Source: an uncultured bacterium
GTDB lineage: Bacteria; Patescibacteriota; Minisyncoccia; Phycocordibacterales; Phycocordibacteraceae
NCBI GenBank assembly: GCA_963851445.1
Contig: CAWKPH010000001.1
Coordinates: forward strand, 297,363-361,362
Direction: 5' to 3'
Length of the DNA stretch: 64,000 nt
The notes below the pieces were generated by a model. The model saw only the letters and a list, made by a program, of their open reading frames with translations. It was not told the DNA's origin and did no database searches. Shown piece by piece: positions 31,282 to 39,995 of this stretch; positions within the stretch are counted from its first letter, which is position 1, and every line of letters starts with the position of its first letter. The translations under genes were made by a program, and so were the position numbers.

Positions 31282-31755
31282 CTAGAGGCGAATCATTTCA
31301 ACAATTCTGTCGACAACCGACTCCTCATGTTTACCCTCAGGCAAGTGGAGTGCAATATAGTCATATACGTCGACCGGATCGTAGCCAACGATTGGAATTA
31401 AGAGATGCGAAGCCAACAAATGTCGGGTTTTTATGGAAAGAGCAGGAGGGATTGTTTCATCAATGTATTCAAATACTGAAAAATGAAGCATGCGATCGAA
31501 TGGATAGAGCCGCGTATCGATGATGATGCCATGATCGGTGATGGCAAAGCGGTGAATTCGCGGCTTCTTCGCTGCCTGGAGCGCGATAGTGATAGTTGCC
31601 GCAAAGATAACAATGCCGAGCAAAATGTTATTGAAGAGAATGCAGACAATGATGAGTGCCGTTGCAACGATTCCGAGCGCCCAGTACCACTCGGCAGTCT
31701 TTTCATCAGCGGCATATTCCTTCGCATGCCATTCGAAGATGGGAGGACGGGCCAT
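31282..31755 (-). CDS. Conserved CPR-type membrane protein
   Basis: 'FEWHAKEY...K...WYW' followed by two TMs and a beta-rich tail. Confidence 0.7.
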   Translation of the reverse strand: MARPPIFEWHAKEYAADEKTAEWYWALGIVATALIIVCILFNNILLGIVIFAATITIALQAAKKPRIHRFAITDHGIIIDTRLYPFDRMLHFSVFEYIDETIPPALSIKTRHLLASHLLIPIVGYDPVDVYDYIALHLPEGKHEESVVDRIVEMIRL

Positions 31756-31800
31756 ACGAATTATGATACCACTCTGTCTATAGCGTAACTCCGCATTTCA

Positions 31801-32328
31801 TCATTTCTTTTGTATAATTCTTCTTTGCCAGATGCCCATCGGTATACTAAACAAAATACTAATAACGACAATGACGAGAACTGTTGTTTGAAGACTCGAA
31901 GCAAATTCATTCGCGCCGTATACACCAATCCATACGCTCACATACCACACAAGATCACCAAGAATGCTGAAGAAAAGTATTGTCCAAAATGATATGGGAA
32001 GCCATGACGCGATAAATCCAGTAAAAACAGGAAGCGTAAGAATGGTAATGAAAATCAATGCGACTCTCTCGCCATTCTTACCCACGAGCCTTCCCATCTT
32101 TTTTGTCCATCTCGCTACCCAACTCTCAAATTTTGAAGCAGCGAAACGCTTCTGTACCCATTTGCCAAAAATGTAACCCAAATATACCTGAAGGGAAGTG
32201 ATAACGAGCCAGAGTAGGTGAATGAGGATAATTGGATAGTGCGCACGGATTGCCTCAAGTATGACGTAGGTTGAGGATATAGGTTCTTGAAAGGTTAGTA
32301 CACCCGCAAGGAGAAGCCAAAGCTGCAT
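31801..32328 (-). CDS. Membrane protein, DedA/VTT-like
   Basis: Multiple TMs; 'YLGYIFGK' and 'FWTILFFSILGDLVW'. Confidence 0.55.
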   Translation of the reverse strand: MQLWLLLAGVLTFQEPISSTYVILEAIRAHYPIILIHLLWLVITSLQVYLGYIFGKWVQKRFAASKFESWVARWTKKMGRLVGKNGERVALIFITILTLPVFTGFIASWLPISFWTILFFSILGDLVWYVSVWIGVYGANEFASSLQTTVLVIVVISILFSIPMGIWQRRIIQKK

Positions 32329-32409
32329 AGGTTCAATTCTACTCCAGAGATAGAACATCCGCGTAGCAACTGTTTAGAATTCAGTAGATTTTCAATTTTT
32401 GACATATGA

Positions 32410-32438
32410 TTGACACAAAATCAACTTCGTGTTAGATT
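32410..32438 (+). promoter_or_regulatory. Sigma70 promoter for the RAMP-like gene and array
   Basis: TTGACA-17nt-TAGATT; leader hairpin TGCGCCA/TGGCGCA; GGAGG SD before ATG 32509. Confidence 0.7.
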
Positions 32439-32508
32439 CTCATCGGACTGCGCCAATTCTGGCGCACGTTCTATTTCTTCAAAACCAACCCAAACTACGG
32501 AGGGCCAA

Positions 32509-32886
32509 ATGGCTCAAATCACCACTTTCCTCGTGTCCGGCACCAGTGTCTCCCCGATGCTGCAGAACCCGATGACCGACGAGGTGCTCAACGAGCTCCT
32601 CGGCGGCAAGTCGGCCCGCAAGGGCGTCCAGACCGACATCTCGGTCGAGGACCGCGCCAAAAAGAAGCTCTGCCTCGGCCCGAACGGCGAGTTCGGCTTC
32701 CCGGCCAACTACCTGTTCGCCGCGCTGATCGACGCTGGGCGCCACGTGCAGTACGAGGGCAAGAGCAAGGTCTCCACCCGTGAGACCTCGCTGCTGCCGG
32801 CGTTCTTGTCGATCATCCCCGATGTTGTCAACGACGAGGGCGATGGTTTCATCCCGTTCCTCGACCAGTCGATCACTACGGGGTGA
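32509..32886 (+). pseudogene. RAMP/Cas7-like (Vipr-like) protein, N-terminal half only
   Basis: 'SVSPMLQNP' first strand/loop and 'GEFGFPANYLFAALIDAG' (resembles the RAMP 'p.iPgsslkGal' motif); strongly GC3-rich; stops at 125 aa inside an array hairpin; no C-terminal G-rich loop. Confidence 0.6.
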
Positions 32887-33500
32887 AGGCTGGTAATAGC
32901 ATTCACCAATTTCTTAAGGAGCTGTTACGTGACGTTGGCTTCGGTAGCCCGAGGTTTCGTTACCTGTGGTGAACTAACGTGTGGGGCGCAGATAGGTTTC
33001 TGTGCCAATCGTTGTGCTTAGGTTGTGCCAAGCAACGCGGACTCAAGCATGCTAACGCTCACTCAACTACGGGGCGCGAGCTCTTCGCGCCGTTACTTAA
33101 CGTACAGTGGAGGTTAGGCCTGGTTTACAAATGCTATGTGCGGGGTGATAAGCCTAAAAACTTGGTACCAATACATATAGCTTGGAACACCCCGGTGCAC
33201 TTCGCTAATCTTATCCGGAGCATTGTAGGGTTAGGGGCGGGAGAGCTGTTTTCCGCCAGTATTTTGGGTAACGTCGGGTTCGCATCGGTCGAGCAAACTT
33301 TTGTCGCCTAACGCACGCTACGCCTACGTCGACTACGGAACGGTTTTCCTTCGGGAAGCCCGTTAAACTTTTATGCCAACAACAGGTTCCTCGGACGCTA
33401 AGCACCCGTGTGGTGAGGAATCATGAGGCTATTCTAACGCATCTAGAAGTGGAAGACGGGGCACTCGGATCGCTCGGTAAGGCATTGGCTCTGACCTTGA
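32872..33500 (+). ncRNA. Array of pentamer-periodic RNA units, each with a 3' hairpin (candidate guide RNAs)
   Basis: Units 32908-33006, 33007-33091, 33092-33169, 33170-33257 and 33258-33364, plus a remnant before and a degraded unit after; N-S-Y-N-N periodicity; hairpins close each unit. Confidence 0.8.
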
Positions 33501-33508
33501 GAAGAAAC

Positions 33509-34132
33509 TTAAGACTCTCTGGATTTCTTCGGTACACCAAAATAAACTTGTAACGTTTTTTGTCCGGCAATGGCAAGAGCGATAGAGCGCATACAGCCGT
33601 CATCAATATCACCTTTCATCTTTCGTTTTAATCCTTTTCTACCCTGTGTTCCGGTCCCGCCTTTAAAAACTATTGGGTAGAGGTACTTCTCGTTTTGAAG
33701 ATCATGAACGTTTGTCACAAGAATATTTGGAATAGTGTGCCCCGCACGTTTAGTGATGGGTCTCGAATTAGTGTGCAGTGCGTGGCGAACCTTGTCCGCT
33801 GTCTCTTTAAGTGAGCCATTGGTCCAGGAAAGAGGAAGGCCTCCGGCTCGCTTCCATACCCCTATTTCAGTTATCTGCACTTCTGCAAGATACCAATCAC
33901 TAGTGTTAAATGCTTGGACTCGCCGCTTCCATTCCCCGGCAATGATGATTCTGTCGAGCTGAGCTGTCGTGAATTTGAGAACTCTTTTCTTTGCACTAGC
34001 GAGTTTCGATGCGTATTGTCTCGGAGTGATTTTGCCCAAGTAGCGATGATTGTCCCGTTGAGAGCGAATTAACTTAGGGATGACGAAGGCTCGTTTGACC
34101 TCTCGGAGAGCCACCTTCTTGATGAGCTTCAT
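33509..34132 (-). CDS. Basic hypothetical protein with a ParB/Srx-like C-terminal motif
   Basis: 'YPIVFK...IDDGCMRSIAL' resembles the DGxxR motif. Confidence 0.5.
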   Translation of the reverse strand: MKLIKKVALREVKRAFVIPKLIRSQRDNHRYLGKITPRQYASKLASAKKRVLKFTTAQLDRIIIAGEWKRRVQAFNTSDWYLAEVQITEIGVWKRAGGLPLSWTNGSLKETADKVRHALHTNSRPITKRAGHTIPNILVTNVHDLQNEKYLYPIVFKGGTGTQGRKGLKRKMKGDIDDGCMRSIALAIAGQKTLQVYFGVPKKSRES

Positions 34133-34217
34133 GGGCTTACTTTAGCACCAAGGTCCTAACCCTATGCAGATTGTGTTGGTGGAATAGGAACTGGAATTGA
34201 GGCTACCTTATGAGCAG

Positions 34218-34278
34218 ATGCAAAATACTTGCATTTATGAAATACGTCGGCTACTATGTATATGCAAGTATTTTGCAT
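34218..34278. promoter_or_regulatory. Two palindromic operator boxes (Fur/Zur-like)
   Basis: ATGCAAAATACTTGCAT (34218-34234) and its exact reverse complement ATGCAAGTATTTTGCAT (34262-34278), directly before the ATG. Confidence 0.7.
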
Positions 34279-34280
34279 AT

Positions 34281-35246
34281 ATGAAAATCGCTTTTGTTGG
34301 TAAGGGAGGATCAGGGAAAACAACACTCACCAGTCTTCTGACGCGGACACTTGCTGCACGCAATTTTCCCGTGTTAGCCATAGATGCGGACATTAATCAG
34401 CACCTGCCAGAATCACTAGGTTTCAACGGGGTAGAAGCCAAGGCTATACCTCCTATGGGTATAGAGATAGACAAACTAAAGGAGTATGTAAGGGGGGACA
34501 ATGTTCACATTGCTTCTTCAGAAGAAATTATAAAGACCACCCCACCAGGTCCAGGATCGCGCCTTCTTACCGTCACCGGAAGCAATCCTATCTATGAGTA
34601 TTTCTCTCGTGAAAAAGACGGTGTTCGTATTATGGCTGTCGGTCCATTCACTGAAGAAGACATTGGAGTGAAGTGTTATCACTCGAAAACCGGCTCTGTT
34701 GAGTTACTACTCAACCACCTCATTGATCGCACAGGCGAATACGTGCTGGTTGATATGACAGCTGGAGCGGATTCATTTGCCTCAGGACTCTTTACTCGTT
34801 TCGATGTGACCTTCGTTGCGGTCGAGCCGACGGTGAAATCAGTCAGCGTATTTGAGCAATATAAACAACATGCCGCCGGGTATGGACTTTGCATCAAAGC
34901 CGTGGGAACCAAAGTACGAGATGAAAATGATCTTGAATTCTTGAGGGAGCGACTTGGCAGCAATCTCATAGCGCATCTTACCTTGTCCGATTACATTCGT
35001 GCGCAAGAGCGCGGAGTGATCTTACCAATATCCGAACTCGAGAAAGAGAATGCAGAAGCGATCACCACTCTTATCAAGTTCATCGATTCTCAAGAGAAAG
35101 ACTGGACTCGCTTTTATGCTCAAGCTCTCGAGTTTCATCGCAAGAACGCCGCGAGCTGGGCCAACGAATCGTACGGGAAAGACCTTGTCTCTCAGATAGA
35201 CTCGTCCTTTGATCTAGCAGCAAAAGTTCACGCGCTCAGCAACTAG
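34281..35246 (+). CDS. CooC/MinD-like ATP-binding protein
   Basis: MKIAFVGKGGSGKTT, AIDAD, 'GVKCYH' and VDMTAG. Confidence 0.85.
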   Translation: MKIAFVGKGGSGKTTLTSLLTRTLAARNFPVLAIDADINQHLPESLGFNGVEAKAIPPMGIEIDKLKEYVRGDNVHIASSEEIIKTTPPGPGSRLLTVTGSNPIYEYFSREKDGVRIMAVGPFTEEDIGVKCYHSKTGSVELLLNHLIDRTGEYVLVDMTAGADSFASGLFTRFDVTFVAVEPTVKSVSVFEQYKQHAAGYGLCIKAVGTKVRDENDLEFLRERLGSNLIAHLTLSDYIRAQERGVILPISELEKENAEAITTLIKFIDSQEKDWTRFYAQALEFHRKNAASWANESYGKDLVSQIDSSFDLAAKVHALSN

Positions 35247-35318
35247 GACTCGAGTAGTACCGAGTCTTAGTTGCTGGTCACGTGGTGTGATCAGCAGCTT
35301 CATCAGAAGGACTAACAT

Positions 35319-35712
35319 TATGTCGCTCCCTTCGCTCGAAGGAATCCTCGCCCGTCGCGGCGAGAAACCCTCCCATCTCTCACGCGAAGCGAGGGAGGCG
35401 GCCATTCTGGAAGCCATGCGGCTCGATATGGGTCCAGCTGTGGATCTACTTCACCAGAAGGCCCATGAAGCCGACGAGAACGGCACCGGCAGCGCCGAGA
35501 TCCTCGAAGATCCAGGTTCGCCGCTTGGCAAGCAGCTGACTCGCATCTGCGCTGGCACGATCCTTCGGGGTCTCGCTGAGCGTCACATCACGCACGGCAA
35601 GCCGCTGACCTTCCTCAACTGCTGCAGGATCTTCGTTGGCGAGGCTCCGGACGATCTCGCGCTCGCTCAGATCGAGACGCAGGCCGGCCCGGTCGCCTAC
35701 GCCGACTGTTAA
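35319..35712 (+). CDS. SCO5389-like small Cys-containing protein
   Basis: 'GKQLTRI...ILRGLAERH...LTFLNCCRI' and terminal 'DC' recall the actinobacterial family that is paired with this ATPase. Confidence 0.55.
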
Positions 35713-35827
35713 CCAAAGAATCTTTTCTGGTTTTCAAACTCAAGCCTCCGCGCTTCCATGCGTCGGAGGTTTTTCTTACTCATGCTTACACTACAAATCA
35801 CTCGGGTCATCCGATACTAAATATAGT

Positions 35828-35915
35828 TGGCGGAGGAGGTGAGATTCGAACTCACGGTGCCTTGCGACACTCTGGTTTTCAAGACCAGCGCGATAGACCA
35901 CTCTGCCACTCCTCC
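35828..35915 (-). tRNA. tRNA-Ser(UGA)
   Basis: Long variable arm, loop CTTGAAA, encoded CCA. Confidence 0.95.
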
Positions 35916-35928
35916 CGTGATTTCTACT

Positions 35929-36237
35929 CTACTCGGCTACGACAACTTCTTCAATGATAGTCGTATTCCCAGACAAATCATCACTATCTCCAGATATTGT
36001 TCTATCAGAGCGGAAGAAAAGAAGATATACGATCTCCAAAATGCCAAGCGTGTTCACCACAACGAGTATTACATACCAAACCTTCTGATTATTGCGGGCC
36101 GCGTACCAAAGAGCGAAGCCTTTCCATACGAGCGACCAGATCGCAAGCGCACCAATAATTAAGGCGAACCAAGGGCCGAAGTAAGGCTGCATCATGCCAA
36201 AGCCGAAACCGTTTGCGAACATAGCGTTGTATCCCAT
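35929..36237 (-). CDS. DUF5652-like membrane protein
   Basis: 'WSLVWKGFALWYAARNNQKVWY....VNTLGILEIVYL'. Confidence 0.8.
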   Translation of the reverse strand: MGYNAMFANGFGFGMMQPYFGPWFALIIGALAIWSLVWKGFALWYAARNNQKVWYVILVVVNTLGILEIVYLLFFRSDRTISGDSDDLSGNTTIIEEVVVAE

Positions 36238-36315
36238 ATGCCGACATAGTAGCACCAAACGTGCCTCGCGTCAGTGGCAAGTAGGAGAAGCATTGTAATG
36301 GTGTACCATTCCCTC

Positions 36316-36744
36316 ATGCGCTACTTAGGAATTGATTTTGGTACTAAACGCGTGGGTCTCGCCCTTTCAGACGAGTCCGGAGCTATGGGATTCCCCTACG
36401 CCATATATCCGAATAACGGCCTCCTTATCGATGAAATACAGAAACTCATTGCACAAAAGGACGTAAAGGTCGTCATAATAGGGAAGTCCGAAGATTTTGA
36501 AGGGAATGACAACCCTGTCGCAAAGAAGGCAAAGGAATTCGCCTACTTGCTCGAACGTTTGTCAGGCATCACGATTGAATGGGAGCCGGAAATGTATACA
36601 ACCCAGGAAGCTCGGCGGGATTTCGAGGGAGTACGAACCACAACGCATGAATTAGTGGATGCATCAGCCGCAGCTCTTATTCTTACAAGCTATCTTTCCC
36701 GCATTTCCCCAAAGCAATTAGATCCACCAGAAACCGAAGAATAA
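36316..36744 (+). CDS. ruvX: YqgF/RuvX family nuclease
   Basis: YLGIDFGTKRVGLALSD, EMYTT and VDASAAALIL. Confidence 0.92.
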   Translation: MRYLGIDFGTKRVGLALSDESGAMGFPYAIYPNNGLLIDEIQKLIAQKDVKVVIIGKSEDFEGNDNPVAKKAKEFAYLLERLSGITIEWEPEMYTTQEARRDFEGVRTTTHELVDASAAALILTSYLSRISPKQLDPPETEE

Positions 36745-36758
36745 TTTATACTGCGTAT

Positions 36759-37085
36759 ATGATTTCGATTGATGAGTTTGCAAAGATAGAGGTAAGAGTT
36801 GGGACAGTTCAGCGTGCAGAGCGAGTCCCTGAAACAGATAAGCTATTGCGGCTCATGGTGGACGTTGGAGAAGAAACGCCGCGTCAAATAGTTTCAGGCA
36901 TTAATGAGTATGTAAATGATCCTGCAGAACTCGTCGGAAGGCAGCTTGCGTTTGTTACAAACCTTGAACCGCGCACGATTAAAGGTCTTGAATCTAACGG
37001 CATGCTCTTCGCTGTTGGGAAGGGAGATACATTTGCGTTCATGACACCGGATCGGCAGGTCCCTCCAGGCACGAGTGCACACTAG
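36759..37085 (+). CDS. Stand-alone tRNA-binding OB domain (MetG C-terminal/Trbp111-like)
   Basis: ISIDEFAKIEVRVG, DKLL, RQIVSGI, NLEPR, GLESNGM. Confidence 0.9.
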   Translation: MISIDEFAKIEVRVGTVQRAERVPETDKLLRLMVDVGEETPRQIVSGINEYVNDPAELVGRQLAFVTNLEPRTIKGLESNGMLFAVGKGDTFAFMTPDRQVPPGTSAH

Positions 37086-37155
37086 CAAGAAATAATAATC
37101 AACTTTTCGGCACTTTTTGCTACAGACGTTACTAAAGAAACGGTATACTGAAGCC

Positions 37156-38238
37156 ATGAGCTCTTTAGGGCAATTCCTTCGTTTACAGTTAGCTCCGCCC
37201 AATTATCTCTCAATGCCAACAGCTGGCATTGATATTTCGGCAAGTGCTATAAAAGCAGTACTTGTGAGTGAACATCCGCATGGTCTTGAACTCGATTACT
37301 TTGTCAGTAAGCCGTTACCTGGGGGAACTGTTTCGAAAGGACAAATAACAGACCCTGCGACGGTTGCCCGCCTACTTAGTGAAATCGCCAGAACTCATAA
37401 GATACAGCGCGCCAATGTCTCACTACCTGAACTTCGGGGGTATCTATTTGAGGCCGATGTCGAAACACATGAGCCGAGAGAGTGGTGTGCTGCCGTTGAG
37501 CAGCATCTTGATGAATACATTCCGCTCCCTCCGGCAGAAGTTTCGTTCGACGTTGTGCCACTTGCCACTCAAGGTGATAAAACACATCTCATTGGGGTTG
37601 GGTACGCAAAGCGTGTTGTTCAAGAACAACTTGCCGTGTTTGATGAAGCACATATTGATACGAGAGCCTTCGAGAGCGAGATATTCGCGCTCCCGCGTGC
37701 ACTTTTACCTTGGGGAAGTACTGAAACGGTACTCATCATCGATATAGGAAAATCAAGTACAAAACTTCTATTCGTTTCTAATTTCTTGCCGCGCCTTGCG
37801 ACCACACTCGATATTGGGGGGCACTCACTTACCCTCGCGGTGCAGAAATATTTTGGGGTAACCGAAGAAGAGGCTAAACAAGTAAAAGCAGAACGAGGTC
37901 TTATTGTTGGTACGGGTAGTGACGAATATGTAGCAGCCATGCTCTCGAGTGTGTCAGTCATTCGCGAAGAAATTCTACGCCGTCTTGATTACTGGGAATC
38001 GAGAAAGGCCTCAACAGCGCTTTACGAGCCAGTCACGCGCGCGATACTCATCGGCGGAAATGCAAACGTGCGAGGTCTCCCTGAGTATCTTGAGTCCGCG
38101 CTCAAGATCCCCGTTGAGACCGGAGACGTTTTCACAAACTTCACATCGCGTACGAATTGGTTGCCGCCAATCGACTTCAACGAGTCACTCATGTACGCAA
38201 CTGCTATAGGTCTTGCGCTTCGCCGCTATGAGTATTGA
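37156..38238 (+). CDS. pilM: Type IV pilus assembly protein PilM
   Basis: GIDIS, YIPLP, IIDIG, LIGG and ATAIGLALR. Confidence 0.88.
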   Translation: MSSLGQFLRLQLAPPNYLSMPTAGIDISASAIKAVLVSEHPHGLELDYFVSKPLPGGTVSKGQITDPATVARLLSEIARTHKIQRANVSLPELRGYLFEADVETHEPREWCAAVEQHLDEYIPLPPAEVSFDVVPLATQGDKTHLIGVGYAKRVVQEQLAVFDEAHIDTRAFESEIFALPRALLPWGSTETVLIIDIGKSSTKLLFVSNFLPRLATTLDIGGHSLTLAVQKYFGVTEEEAKQVKAERGLIVGTGSDEYVAAMLSSVSVIREEILRRLDYWESRKASTALYEPVTRAILIGGNANVRGLPEYLESALKIPVETGDVFTNFTSRTNWLPPIDFNESLMYATAIGLALRRYEY

Positions 38239-38788
38239 ACGCACCAATCTACTCCCAACGCCAAGAATCAAAATGGCGCGCCGTAATTATTTCTTACGGC
38301 TCACTACGGTTGCGGTGCTTCTGTTGGCACTTCTCGTCGTAGTAGAGGCAGTCTTCCTTCTTCCCACCTATTTGTATCTTAAGCAGAAAGAAAACGCTGC
38401 TGCTACGCAGCTCTCCCAGTTAAGTGCCTCATCACAAACCAGTGGTGAGAAAAGCGTGGAAGCGCAGCTAAATATCCTTCAGTCAGAAGCGGGCTATCTC
38501 GCAAAGCTTAATCAAGCTTCCTCAGCAAGCGCAACTATTCGTGCACTACTGGCAGTTCCGCGCGTTGGAGTAACCCTAGACGGGTTCACATTCACCCCGG
38601 CCTCAAATGGTACCCCCGCCACCACAGAATTATCGGGTATCGCAACCACACGCGAAGCCTTGCAGAGCTATAACACCGCACTTGGGCAACTTCCTTTTGT
38701 CTCGAGTGCAAATTTTCCTATCGGTGACTATGCACAGGAGTCAAATATCCAATTCACGATAACCCTCACGGGAGCACTGACGCCATGA
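38228..38788 (+). CDS. PilN-like protein
   Basis: 'NLLP' motif, TM helix, coiled-coil; follows pilM. Confidence 0.75.
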   Translation: MSIERTNLLPTPRIKMARRNYFLRLTTVAVLLLALLVVVEAVFLLPTYLYLKQKENAAATQLSQLSASSQTSGEKSVEAQLNILQSEAGYLAKLNQASSASATIRALLAVPRVGVTLDGFTFTPASNGTPATTELSGIATTREALQSYNTALGQLPFVSSANFPIGDYAQESNIQFTITLTGALTP

Positions 38789-39507
38789 TGACTAACCGAC
38801 CGCTGACACAACTCGCAACTGCGTTACTCATTCTCCTAATCGTGCTTGGCGTGTATCTTTTCTGGTATGCGCAAGTTGGGGCAGAAACTAGAAAGATAGG
38901 AATAATGGAAGCTCAAATTCAAACGCAAACGCAAGCGAGTTCGCATATCGACCTTATCAAGTCTCAGCTCAATGATCTGAACACCGGCCAGGAAGCAATT
39001 AGCCAATATTTTGTCTCAACCAACAACGTCGTGCCGTACCTTGAAGGTCTACAGGCAACGGGTCAATTCTTCGGTTCCAATGTCACAATAGCCTCGGTTT
39101 CCGCAACCCCGGGGACGTTCTACGGAAAACTAGATCTCTCACTCACGATCTCGGGCCCGTTCTCCGCAGTTGTACGGACACTTGGTGCCATTGAGTATCA
39201 GCCATACGACACGACGATCAACACACTTTCCCTCGACACCACACCTTCTTCAGGTGGAAGCACTCCTTCAGCATCACAGTGGACTGCAAACGCCGACTTT
39301 TTTGTTGGGACCGTAAATGACACAGCAAGCATTGCGCCCGCAAGTGTTCCTATAAGCGCTACATCAAGCATCCCCGTGAATACTGTAACGAGTGAAGTGA
39401 GTACGACGACCAGCACAGTAAATATTCCCCCTGTAACAGCTCCGAGCCAAGCAAGCCCACTGAACCCGAGCCCACCGAGCGTAACGGGACCATCTGCAAC
39501 CATATGA
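38785..39507 (+). CDS. PilO-like protein
   Basis: TM helix, coiled-coil and 'LTISGPFSAV..L..IE'; operon position. Confidence 0.65.
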   Translation: MMTNRPLTQLATALLILLIVLGVYLFWYAQVGAETRKIGIMEAQIQTQTQASSHIDLIKSQLNDLNTGQEAISQYFVSTNNVVPYLEGLQATGQFFGSNVTIASVSATPGTFYGKLDLSLTISGPFSAVVRTLGAIEYQPYDTTINTLSLDTTPSSGGSTPSASQWTANADFFVGTVNDTASIAPASVPISATSSIPVNTVTSEVSTTTSTVNIPPVTAPSQASPLNPSPPSVTGPSATI

Positions 39508-39818
39508 AAAAATATCTAGAATCACTTACTTCGTTTCTACGCATATTCCGCTATGGCGATCAATTGAAGCCAGTTCGCGATTGGCTTGTACTTCTTGGAA
39601 TTACATCCCTTCTCCTCATCTTGAGCGTTGTTTGGAATATATGGCTATTCGTGAATTCTGAGAATATAAAAGCCATCAATACGGCCACACTACTAGATCA
39701 ATCGACGGCCTCCGGTTCCATTCCACCCGTCCAAGCAGTTTTTCAGGAACGGGCTACACAGGAAACGGACTATCAGCATACGTATCAATTCGTTGACCCA
39801 TCACTTCCTAACAGTTAG
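39504..39818 (+). CDS. Small membrane protein ending the pil operon
   Basis: ATGA overlap, single TM, 'DPS' tail. Confidence 0.6.
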   Translation: MKKYLESLTSFLRIFRYGDQLKPVRDWLVLLGITSLLLILSVVWNIWLFVNSENIKAINTATLLDQSTASGSIPPVQAVFQERATQETDYQHTYQFVDPSLPNS

Positions 39819-39838
39819 TGTTTAAGAGTTCGATCCTA

Positions 39839-39910
39839 GCCCCCATAGCTCAATGGATAGAGCAGCGGACTTCTAAGCCGTTGATGTAGGTTCGATTCCT
39901 CCTGGGGGCA
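39839..39910 (+). tRNA. tRNA-Arg(UCU)
   Basis: Cloverleaf with loop CTTCTAA. Confidence 0.93.
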
Positions 39911-39995
39911 CAGCGGCATATATCTTAATTTTGACCAAACAAGAGAGAAGGGTACTATCAACAGAGATATAGTCCTTCATGTAAGGGGATCAATA

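Noticed and set aside
32979-33405. ORFs of 110 aa (+) and 64 aa (-) across the array
   Set aside because: They have no SD and no recognisable motifs, and the sequence has period 5 rather than period 3.
32880-33500. Canonical CRISPR array
   Set aside because: There is no conserved contiguous direct repeat. Hairpins differ in sequence, and conservation is positional (period 5).
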